DNA of 64,000 nt from Actinomycetes bacterium (GTDB lineage: Bacteria; Actinomycetota; Actinomycetes; Actinomycetales; Microbacteriaceae), in assembly GCA_023428065.1 (NCBI GenBank), contig JAEYZI010000079.1:4700-68699 (forward strand), written 5' to 3'. Made by a program: the position numbers and the translations under genes. The notes beneath the pieces were generated by a model that searched no databases, was not told the DNA's origin, and saw only the letters and a program-made list of their open reading frames with translations. Shown here in pieces: positions 57,017 to 64,000 of the stretch. Positions within the stretch are counted from its first letter, which is position 1, and every line of letters starts with the position of its first letter.

Positions 57017-57807
57017 CCGAGCGGCGCGACGCCGTCTCGTTCGACCTCTCCGCGCGCAGCGTCATCGTGACGGGCGGGGCGAGCGGGATCGGCGCGACCC
57101 TCGCCGAGGCGCTCCTCGCCGCGGGCGCCCGCGTGAGCGTGTGGGGCCGCGACCAGGCGCGGCTCGACGCGTTCGTCGAGCGGATGGCCGGCAGGTACGC
57201 GCACGACCCGCTCCCGAAGTCGGTCGACGTGACCGACGCCGCGAGCATCGACGCGGCCCTCGCGGAGGTCGTCGAGGAGTGGGGCCGTGTCGACGGTCTC
57301 GTGAACGGCGCCGGCACGATGAAGGTCGGCGACTCGGTCGACTTCGCCGAGGCGGACTTCCGGTCGATCGTCGACATCCACCTCGTGGGCGCGTTCCTCT
57401 GCTCGCAGCGTGTGGCGCGCGTCATGCGCGAGTCGGGCGGCGGCAGCATCCTCAACCTCGGCTCGATGGCCACCTTCGTCGGCCAGCCTCGCCGCGCCGC
57501 CTATTCGGCCGCCAAGACCGGCATCGCCGGCCTCACGAAGACGCTCGCCGTCGAGTGGGGTCCGGATGCCATCCGCGTCAACGCGATCGCGCCCGGCTAC
57601 ATCGCGACGGGCATGGCGATGGAGAACGTGCGCCTCGGCGTGCTGCCGCTCGACAAGGTGCTCTCGCGCACGCCCCTGCGCCGCATGGGCGAGCCCGAGG
57701 AGCTCGTGCCGCTCTCGCTCTACCTGCTGAGCGACGTCGCGGCCTTCGTGACCGGAACCATCATCCCGGTCGACGGCGGCTGGCTCGCCAACGGCTACGT
57801 GGAGTAG
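57013..57807 (+). CDS. Classical SDR oxidoreductase
   Basis: GTGA overlap with the dehydratase stop. TGGASGIG and YSAAK motifs. Pairing with a FucD-like gene resembles 2-keto-3-deoxy-L-fuconate dehydrogenase. Confidence 0.85.
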   Translation: MTERRDAVSFDLSARSVIVTGGASGIGATLAEALLAAGARVSVWGRDQARLDAFVERMAGRYAHDPLPKSVDVTDAASIDAALAEVVEEWGRVDGLVNGAGTMKVGDSVDFAEADFRSIVDIHLVGAFLCSQRVARVMRESGGGSILNLGSMATFVGQPRRAAYSAAKTGIAGLTKTLAVEWGPDAIRVNAIAPGYIATGMAMENVRLGVLPLDKVLSRTPLRRMGEPEELVPLSLYLLSDVAAFVTGTIIPVDGGWLANGYVE

Positions 57808-57839
57808 CGGGCGACCCCGACAGCGCGTGATGACGGCGG

Positions 57840-58210
57840 TGGTGGAGATGGGGGGAATTGAACCCCCGTCCATCGCTGTGAGCCTGCGCCTTCTCCGGGC
57901 GCAGTCCGTGAAATCGTTCTGCTCGGCTCCGACCTTCGTCACGAACACCTAGGTCGACGAGCCCAGCCCCAGTGAAAGTCCCGCGCGACCCTGGAACACG
58001 ATCGCGCAGCAAGCCCCCTCGATGACGCCAGGATCCGGATCGGGGGCGAGTCCGGACTGACGGACCTATCTACTCCGCTTAGGCAGCGAGAGCGAGGTCG
58101 GTGCGCTTAACGTTGGCACCTATGGTGTGCGGAGGGCGTTAACGAGATAACCCCGCATCCTCGGCCCGCTTCTCGCAGTTTCGCAGGCGATGTCGAAACC
58201 GATCATCCCC
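57840..58210 (-). ncRNA. ssrA: tmRNA (transfer-messenger RNA)
   Basis: 5' GGGGATGATCGGTTTCGAC and 3' GGACGGGGGTTCAATTCCCCCCATCTCCACCA on the minus strand. The tag reading frame at 58079-58117 encodes ANVKRTDLALAA-stop. Confidence 0.95.
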
Positions 58211-58338
58211 ATGGTCACCTCGGGAGCTCGCTCCGTGAGAGGTGGGCCGTCATCACGCGCTGTGGAGTTGTCAATCGCGCCGATGAGGCGCAGCCCTTCA
58301 TCATAGCCGAGGCCGCGAGGTGCTGGCAGGATGAGGCG

Positions 58339-59010
58339 ATGAGCACCGTCATCACCGTGCAGGGCCACTTCACGGCGTGGTACCCCGCCGAGCGCGCCAC
58401 CGTCCGCCTCACCGTCGGTTTCGACGGACCGAAGCGCGCGGACGTGCTCGCCTCCGCGACGGCCGCCGTGCAGACCGTCACCGACTCCGTGACGCACCTG
58501 CACGATCCGGATGCGGGGCCCGTCACGTGGTGGTCGTCGGCGCGCGTGCGCGTGTGGGCCGAGCGCCCGTGGAACGCCGACGGCAAGCAGCTCGCGCCCG
58601 TGCACCACGCGTCGATCGCGATGACGGTGAAGTTCAAGGACTTCGACGCCCTCGCCGACTGGCTCGCGGAGGCCGCGACCGTGCCGGGCGTGCAGGTCAA
58701 CGGGATCGACTGGGACCTCACCGAGGCCAAGCGCACGGCCGTCACGACCGAGGTGCGCTCCCGCGCCGTGCGCGACGCCGTCGACAAGGCGCGCGTCTTC
58801 GCCCAGGCGATCGGACTGGCCCAGGTGTCGGCGACGGCGATCGCGGACCCGGGCATGCTCGGCGTGCGCGGAGAGGCCGACTCTCCCGCCCCGAGCATGA
58901 TGCGCGCCGCGTCGTTGAGCGCGCCCCACGCGGCCGGCACGTCGTTCAGCTTCACGCCGGAGGACATCGAGGTCACGGCCTCGGTCGACGCCCGCTTCGA
59001 GGCGAGCTGA
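58339..59010 (+). CDS. SIMPL (DUF541) domain protein
   Basis: 223 aa. Pattern TVRLTVGF...VRSRAVRDAVDKARVFAQAIGL is typical of the SIMPL family. Confidence 0.75.
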   Translation: MSTVITVQGHFTAWYPAERATVRLTVGFDGPKRADVLASATAAVQTVTDSVTHLHDPDAGPVTWWSSARVRVWAERPWNADGKQLAPVHHASIAMTVKFKDFDALADWLAEAATVPGVQVNGIDWDLTEAKRTAVTTEVRSRAVRDAVDKARVFAQAIGLAQVSATAIADPGMLGVRGEADSPAPSMMRAASLSAPHAAGTSFSFTPEDIEVTASVDARFEAS

Positions 59011-59011
59011 A

Positions 59012-59488
59012 CTACTCCCCGAGATGCCGGCGGCTCGCCATCGCGCGGTCCGCCTCGCGCTTGTCCTGACGCTCGCGGAGCGCCTGACGCTTGTCGTACT
59101 CCCGCTTGCCCTTCGCGACCGCGAGCTCGACCTTGGCGCGGCCGTCCTTGAAGTAGATGGAGAGCGGCACGAGGGTGTACCCGCCCTCCTTCGTGCGGTG
59201 GCTGATCTTGATGATCTGCGCCTTGTGCAGCAGGAGCTTGCGCTTGCGGCGCGTGGCGTGGTTCGTCCACGACCCGGAACCCCACTCGGGGATGTGCACC
59301 GCGTCGAGCCAGATCTCGCCGCCGTCGATGAAGGCGTAGCCGTCGACGAGCGAGGCCTTGCCCTCCCGCAGCGACTTCACCTCGGTGCCCGAGAGCACGA
59401 TGCCGGCCTCGTAGGTGTCCTCGATCGTGTAGTCGTGGCGCGCCTTGCGGTTGGTCGCGACGACCTTCTCGCCCTTCTCACGGGGCAT
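59012..59488 (-). CDS. smpB: SsrA-binding protein
   Basis: [31 protein letters not shown] and [12 protein letters not shown], conserved SmpB motifs. Start at MPREKG. Confidence 0.95.
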   Translation of the reverse strand: MPREKGEKVVATNRKARHDYTIEDTYEAGIVLSGTEVKSLREGKASLVDGYAFIDGGEIWLDAVHIPEWGSGSWTNHATRRKRKLLLHKAQIIKISHRTKEGGYTLVPLSIYFKDGRAKVELAVAKGKREYDKRQALRERQDKREADRAMASRRHLGE

Positions 59489-59557
59489 GACGCACCTCCC
59501 TGCGCGTGACATCCGGAGCCGTCGCGGACGCGGCGGCAGCCGTTCAGTCTATGCGAC

Positions 59558-60475
59558 TCAGGCCTTCAGGTAGCGCCGGATGGCGACGCTCGCCGAGAGG
59601 GCGGCGAGCAGCGCGCCCACGCCGATGAGGATGGGCACCACGAGCAGCGCCTCGGGCAAGCCGATGAAGGTGTAGCCGCGGATGCGCTCCGTCAGGTAGC
59701 CGCCGACGAAGAAGTGCACGATCGCGACGACCGCGCCGCTCGCGAGCAGCGACCCGATGAGCGAGGCGAGCACGCCCTCGAGGATGAACGGCGTCTCGAT
59801 GAAACGGTTCGACGCTCCGACGAGGCGCATGATCGCGAGCTCCCGGCGCCGTGAGAAGGCGGAGAGCCGGATCGTCGTGGAGATGAGCAGGACCGCCGCG
59901 ATGAGCATGAGCGCGGCGATGCCGACGGCCGTGAAGCTCGCCACGTTCATGACGTCGAAGATCGGCTGCAGTAGGGCGCGCTGGTCGGTGACCTCGTCGA
60001 CGCCCGGCATCCCGCTGATCGAGTCGATGATGACGTCGGAGTTGTCGGGGTCGACGAGCTTGATCTGGAAGTCGTAGGGGAAGGAGTCGATCGTGGCGAG
60101 GTCGACGACCGAGTTGCCCGCGAACTGCTCCTTGAACCGCTCGAACGCCTGCTCGGGCGTCTCGAGTGTCACCGTCTCGACGAACTCGGCGAGGGTCGGC
60201 CCCTCGAGCTGCGCCTGCACCGCGTCGATTTGCTCCTGCGTGGCGCTCGCACCCTCGCAGCTCGGCACCGCGGGGATGCACATGTAGACCGTCACCTCGG
60301 CGCGGTCGTACCAGTAGTTCTTCATCTCGCCGATCTGCATCTGCAGCAGGATCGCGGCGCCGAAGAAGGTGAGCGAGATGAAGGTCACGAGGATGACCGA
60401 CACGACCATCGAGAGGTTGCGCCGGAAGCCCTGGCCGACCTCCGACAGGATGAGCCCGAGCCTCACGAGCGTCCT
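59558..60475 (-). CDS. ftsX: Cell-division ABC transporter permease FtsX
   Basis: GGGAGGA RBS then GTG (VRLGLILSEVGQGFRRN). 4 TM with a large extracellular loop. Only the last 305 codons of the 1110-codon ORF-track entry are genuine. Confidence 0.9.
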   Translation of the reverse strand, partial: RTLVRLGLILSEVGQGFRRNLSMVVSVILVTFISLTFFGAAILLQMQIGEMKNYWYDRAEVTVYMCIPAVPSCEGASATQEQIDAVQAQLEGPTLAEFVETVTLETPEQAFERFKEQFAGNSVVDLATIDSFPYDFQIKLVDPDNSDVIIDSISGMPGVDEVTDQRALLQPIFDVMNVASFTAVGIAALMLIAAVLLISTTIRLSAFSRRRELAIMRLVGASNRFIETPFILEGVLASLIGSLLASGAVVAIVHFFVGGYLTERIRGYTFIGLPEALLVVPILIGVGALLAALSASVAIRRYLKA

Positions 60476-61431
60476 CCCGGTTCGACGAGGGGCGGGGGCA
60501 CGGGTGCCCCGGATGCCGTGCCGGCCTGCGCGTCGCCCGTCTCCGGCGGCGGCACCTGCTTCGGCACGAAGAAGGAGGCCGTGAGCGAGGCGGGCTCCGC
60601 GGTCGGCGCCGCGACGGGCGAGGCGCTCGGCTCCACGGGCGCGGCGACGGGCGGCACCTCCCGGCGCACGGCATCCGGCGCGGGCGCGCCCGCCACCTTG
60701 AGCTGCTCGCGTTCGAGCTGCTCGCGGAAGTCCTGCACGGGGATCGCCTGGGTCTGGTAGCCGCCCTGGCGCTCGTCGCGCACGACCTGGCCCGAGATGA
60801 GCTCGATGACGCGGCGCTTCATCGTGTCGACGATGCCCGAGTCGTGGGTGGCCATGAGCACGGTCGTGCCGTTCGCGTTGATCGTCGAGAGCAGCGTCAT
60901 GATGCCCGCGCTCGTGGCAGGGTCGAGGTTGCCCGTGGGCTCGTCGGCGAGCAGGATCGCGGGCTTGTTGACGATGGCGCGTGCGATCGCGACGCGCTGC
61001 TGCTCGCCGCCCGAGAGCTCGTGGGGGAAGCGACCGGACTTGCCCGCGAGGCCCACCATCTTGAGCACGTCGGGCACTGCCTCCTGGATGAAGCCCTTCG
61101 ACTTGCCGATCACCTGGAGCGTGAAGGCGACGTTGTCGAAGACGGTCTTCGCGGGCAGCAGGCGGAAGTCCTGGAAGACGACGCCGAGGTTGCGGCGGAA
61201 GTACGGCACCTTGCGGTTGGCGAGCGTCGTGAGGTCGTTGCCGAGCACGTGGAGCTTGCCGCGGCTCGGCTTCTCCTCCTTGAGGATGAGCCGCAGGAAG
61301 CTCGACTTGCCGGAGCCGGAGGCGCCGACGAGGAACACGAACTCGCCCTTCAACACCTCGAGGTCGACGTTGTTGAGGGCGGGACGCGTCGTGCCGGGAT
61401 AGGTCTTGCTGACCTGGTCGAAACGGATCAT
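60463..61431 (-). CDS. ftsE: Cell-division ATP-binding protein FtsE with a ~90-aa Pro/Ala-rich C-terminal extension
   Basis: [39 protein letters not shown]. The canonical domain ends near residue 230 of 322. Confidence 0.95.
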   Translation of the reverse strand: MIRFDQVSKTYPGTTRPALNNVDLEVLKGEFVFLVGASGSGKSSFLRLILKEEKPSRGKLHVLGNDLTTLANRKVPYFRRNLGVVFQDFRLLPAKTVFDNVAFTLQVIGKSKGFIQEAVPDVLKMVGLAGKSGRFPHELSGGEQQRVAIARAIVNKPAILLADEPTGNLDPATSAGIMTLLSTINANGTTVLMATHDSGIVDTMKRRVIELISGQVVRDERQGGYQTQAIPVQDFREQLEREQLKVAGAPAPDAVRREVPPVAAPVEPSASPVAAPTAEPASLTASFFVPKQVPPPETGDAQAGTASGAPVPPPLVEPGGRS

Positions 61432-61512
61432 GGCGCGCCCAGCCTAAGCACGGCGCCCACGCACCCGGGGCGCGACACTCCCCCGGCCCGCGAAGCGGTC
61501 GGCGGATGCCGC

Positions 61513-61537
61513 GGGGCGACGGTGCGATCGTCGCCCC
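61513..61537 (-). terminator. Hairpin after the surface-protein gene
   Basis: GGGGCGACG-7 nt-CGTCGCCCC, a perfect 9-bp stem 30 nt past the stop. Confidence 0.5.
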
Positions 61538-61566
61538 CGCGAGGTCGGGCGGGTGTCCGCAGCGAC

Positions 61567-62958
61567 TCAGCTGCTCGCGATCCGGCGGATGCCGAGGGCC
61601 GCGATCCCCGCTCCCGCGAGCAGACCCCCGAGCATCGCGAGTCCCGCGATGTCGAGCCCCGCACCCGATGCGGCGAGCCGTCCGGGGCCGTCTCCCGTCG
61701 GCACGGGACGGGGGGCGTCGGTGCCTCCACCGCCCGCGCCCCCCGCGCCGCCACCGGCGCCGCCGTCCCCGCCTCCCGCGGGAGCGGCGACGACACGGTA
61801 GTCGTAGGCGATCTCGGTGCGGTGTCCCGCGACGTCGACCGCGAAGAGGGTGAGCCGGTGATCGCCGAGCGTGCCCGTGGGCACGACTCCCGTGGGCGAC
61901 TCGACGATGCCGCACGCGGCGACCCCCGAGGTGGCGTCGTCGCAGGCCGCGGCGATCGTCGCCGCCTCGCCCTGCCGGTAGCTGGGCGTCGCGAGCGTGC
62001 GGGGCGCGCCCGCGACGCCGACGGTGGGGGCAACCGTGTCGAGGCGCACGCGGTGCGTCGTGCCGTCCGCGCGGTTGCCGTAGACGTCGATGGCCCAGTA
62101 GGAGACGTCGGTGACGCCGTCGACGTCGAGCACGAACGCGGCATCCTCCTCGTCGCGCGTGACGTCGCCGTTCGTCGAGACCGCGCCATCCGTCCACCAG
62201 TGGCGCGACGCGATGCCGGAGGCGTCGCTCGCGACGACCCCGATGCCGAGCGGCATCGCGTACCAGCCGCTCGCGGGCGCGGGCGCGATCATGAGCGAGA
62301 CCTCGGGCGAGGTGAGGTCGGGCGCCACGAGGTAGCGGAACGTGCTCGTGGAGGTGAAGCCCGCGGCATCCTCCGCCGTCACCACGAGCTCGTGCTCGCC
62401 GAGCTCGTCGGTCGGCAGGGGTGCGCCGGGGGCGAGCGCCGCGGAGCACGAGACGACACCGGATGCGGCGTCGCTGCACGCGTAGTCGAAGGTCGGGCTC
62501 GACCCGCGCTCGACGAGCCGGGGCGTCGTGACCTCGATGAGCGGGGCGCTGCGGTCGAGCTGGAACACGAGCTCGTGCGGCTCCTCGACGTTGCCGGCGG
62601 CGTCCGTCGCCCACACCGTGAGCACCGTGCGGCCCTCGGCCGAGATCGCGATGCTCGTGTCGGCGGTCGGGACCGTCACGGGCGCGGCGGCGCCGATCCG
62701 GTACGTGATCGAGGCGACCCCCGAGCCCGTGTCCTCGGCGGTGATGCGGGCGGGCACCGAGGCGCTCGTGTACCAACCCGAGGCGGGGGGCGCGCCGCGG
62801 TGCACGGTCGAGACGGGGGCGGTCGTGTCGTCGCCAGGCTCGGCGGATGCGGCGATCGGGACGAGCACGGCGCTCGCGACGATGCCGCACGCCGCGGCGC
62901 TCGCGGCGAAGGCGATGCGCCCGTTGCGGGCGCGGAGGTGCGTGGAGGGATTCGTCAT
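61567..62958 (-). CDS. Secreted repeat-domain surface protein with an LPXTG-like (LAASG) C-terminal sorting signal
   Basis: Signal peptide (AASAAACGIVASAVLVPIAASA). Alternating Ig-like modules (GWY...D.SG[VI]AS and C.D..SGV..C types). Gly-rich spacer, then LAASG, a hydrophobic span and RRIASS. Confidence 0.7.
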   Translation of the reverse strand: MTNPSTHLRARNGRIAFAASAAACGIVASAVLVPIAASAEPGDDTTAPVSTVHRGAPPASGWYTSASVPARITAEDTGSGVASITYRIGAAAPVTVPTADTSIAISAEGRTVLTVWATDAAGNVEEPHELVFQLDRSAPLIEVTTPRLVERGSSPTFDYACSDAASGVVSCSAALAPGAPLPTDELGEHELVVTAEDAAGFTSTSTFRYLVAPDLTSPEVSLMIAPAPASGWYAMPLGIGVVASDASGIASRHWWTDGAVSTNGDVTRDEEDAAFVLDVDGVTDVSYWAIDVYGNRADGTTHRVRLDTVAPTVGVAGAPRTLATPSYRQGEAATIAAACDDATSGVAACGIVESPTGVVPTGTLGDHRLTLFAVDVAGHRTEIAYDYRVVAAPAGGGDGGAGGGAGGAGGGGTDAPRPVPTGDGPGRLAASGAGLDIAGLAMLGGLLAGAGIAALGIRRIASS

Positions 62959-63058
62959 GTCCCCGACGCTAGGAACCGGGCCGGTCCCGTCGGCAGGGGG
63001 CCGCGTCCCCTTTCACGTCCCGCCTCGCGGGACGCCGCCCGGGTCGCGGGTCCCGGTG

Positions 63059-64000
63059 TCAGTCCTCGTCGTGCGCCGACTTGCGCCAGCGGATGCCGGC
63101 CGCGATGAACCCGTCGAGGTCGCCGTCGAAGACGGTCGCGGGGTTGCCCGACTCGTAGCCCGTGCGCAGGTCCTTCACCAGCTGCTGGCCGTAGAGGAAG
63201 TAGGAGCGCATCTGGTCGCCCCAGCTCGCGGTGATGACACCCGCGAGCTCCTTCTTCTTGGCGGCCTCCTCCTCCTTCTTGAGCAGCAGGAGGCGGGTCT
63301 GCAGCACGCGCATGGCGGCCGCGCGGTTCTGGATCTGCGACTTCTCGTTCTGCATCGACACGACGATGCCGGTGGGCAGGTGGGTGATGCGCACGGCCGA
63401 GTCGGTCGTGTTGACGCTCTGGCCGCCGGGGCCGGAGGAACGGAACACGTCGACGCGGATGTCGCCCTCGGGAATGTCGACCTCCTGCGCCTCCTCCATG
63501 ACGGGGATCACCTCGACCGCGGCGAAGGAGGTCTGGCGCTTGTCGGCCGAGCCGAAGGGGCTGATGCGCGCGAGCCGGTGCGTGCCCGCCTCGACGGAGA
63601 GCGTGCCGTAGGCGTAGGGGGCGTCGACCTCGAAGGTGGCCGACTTGATGCCCGCGCCCTCCGCATAGGAGGTGTCCATGACCTTGACGGGGTAGCCGTG
63701 CCGCTCCGCCCAGCGCAGGTACATGCGCAGCAGCATCTCGGCGAAGTCGGTCGCGTCGTCGCCACCCGCACCCGAGCGGATCGTGACGACGGCCGAGCGG
63801 GGGTCGTACTCCCCGTCGAGGAGCGTCTGCACCTCGAGGTCGCCGATGGCCTTCTGCAGCGAGGTGTACTCGGCCTCCGCCTCGGCGGCGGCATCCGCGT
63901 CGTCCATCTCGCGCGCGAGCTCGACGAGCACGTCGAGGTCGTCGAGTCGGCGCTGCACGGCGGTCACGCGTGTGAGCTCGGCCTGGCGGTGGCTGAGCGT
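63059..64000 (-). CDS. prfB: Peptide chain release factor 2 (5' end beyond the window)
   Basis: SPF tripeptide (RISPFGS), GGQ motif ([10 protein letters not shown]), [11 protein letters not shown]. The frame stays open to base 64000. Confidence 0.95.
   Translation of the reverse strand, partial: TLSHRQAELTRVTAVQRRLDDLDVLVELAREMDDADAAAEAEAEYTSLQKAIGDLEVQTLLDGEYDPRSAVVTIRSGAGGDDATDFAEMLLRMYLRWAERHGYPVKVMDTSYAEGAGIKSATFEVDAPYAYGTLSVEAGTHRLARISPFGSADKRQTSFAAVEVIPVMEEAQEVDIPEGDIRVDVFRSSGPGGQSVNTTDSAVRITHLPTGIVVSMQNEKSQIQNRAAAMRVLQTRLLLLKKEEEAAKKKELAGVITASWGDQMRSYFLYGQQLVKDLRTGYESGNPATVFDGDLDGFIAAGIRWRKSAHDED

Noticed and set aside
34986-57840. Island as an ssrA-integrated mobile element.
   Set aside because: No integrase, recombinase, transposase or phage genes are present. 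I could find no duplicate of the tmRNA 3' end at the distal border and saw no obvious compositional shift. It is kept only as a low-interest note, not called as a mobile element.
59558-62890. 1110-aa ORF that would fuse ftsX to a huge N-terminal region.
   Set aside because: Only the last 305 codons (from the GTG at 60475, with a GGGAGGA RBS) look like FtsX. The upstream part overlaps ftsE and the surface-protein gene out of frame and is Arg/Pro-rich nonsense.
1-64000. CRISPR arrays, rRNA, tRNA genes, riboswitches and known defence systems.
   Set aside because: I saw no regularly spaced direct repeats, no tRNA cloverleaf candidates other than the tRNA-like domain of ssrA, and no rRNA-like stretches. 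I saw no restriction, Cas, TA or Abi-type proteins in any supported ORF. Absence is by eye only.

Overview
High-GC actinobacterial chromosome segment. Gene content, synteny and the tmRNA tag suggest Micrococcales/Microbacteriaceae, which is an inference. I support about 60 CDS and one tmRNA. I saw no rRNA, tRNA, CRISPR array, transposase or integrase.

Layout:
- 0-21 kb, housekeeping: LuxR response regulator, MFS, GT87-like membrane protein, polar amino-acid ABC importer, nnrD, HAD, OYE, two CNNM/CorC proteins, GuaB1-type IMPDH-like, kgd, rsrA-sigH, aroA, rsgA, hisN.
- 21-29 kb: a CUT2-type sugar ABC importer and a GntR-prpD-prpB-prpC methylcitrate operon.
- 29-35 kb: F420 reductase/MarR pair, DUF853 ATPase coupled to an M15 peptidase, S1C protease.
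- 35-57.8 kb: a multi-operon catabolic island, the most interesting part. It contains a polar-amino-acid-type ABC importer, a GctAB/IpdAB-like pair, a ThDP enzyme, two FGGY kinases, ALDH, an SMP-30 lactonase, an MmgE/PrpD paralog, a Hyi-like isomerase, Ldh_2, a pyranose-oxidase-like GMC enzyme, a CaiB CoA-transferase, Eda, a FucD-like dehydratase and SDRs. All six of its promoter regions carry the same AT-rich GTCTA(G/T)AC box, and a HutC-type GntR regulator is encoded in the middle.
- 57.8-64 kb, conserved: ssrA, SIMPL, smpB, ftsX, ftsE, surface protein, prfB.

Other points worth a second look:
- kgd has no stop at the expected position and reads about 130 codons antisense through rsrA/sigH.
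- A textbook SigH/SigR promoter (GGAAT-N18-GTT) lies upstream of sigH.
- B. subtilis-GntR-like CTTGTATACAAG operators lie upstream of the prp regulator.
- FtsE carries a C-terminal extension.

Limits: functional calls rest on motif and family recognition by eye, with no searches run. Internal start codons were chosen from RBS or homolog length. Hand-indexed motif coordinates may be off by 1-2 nt; I found one 1-nt inconsistency near 43.5 kb between my indexing and the ORF track and followed the ORF track there.
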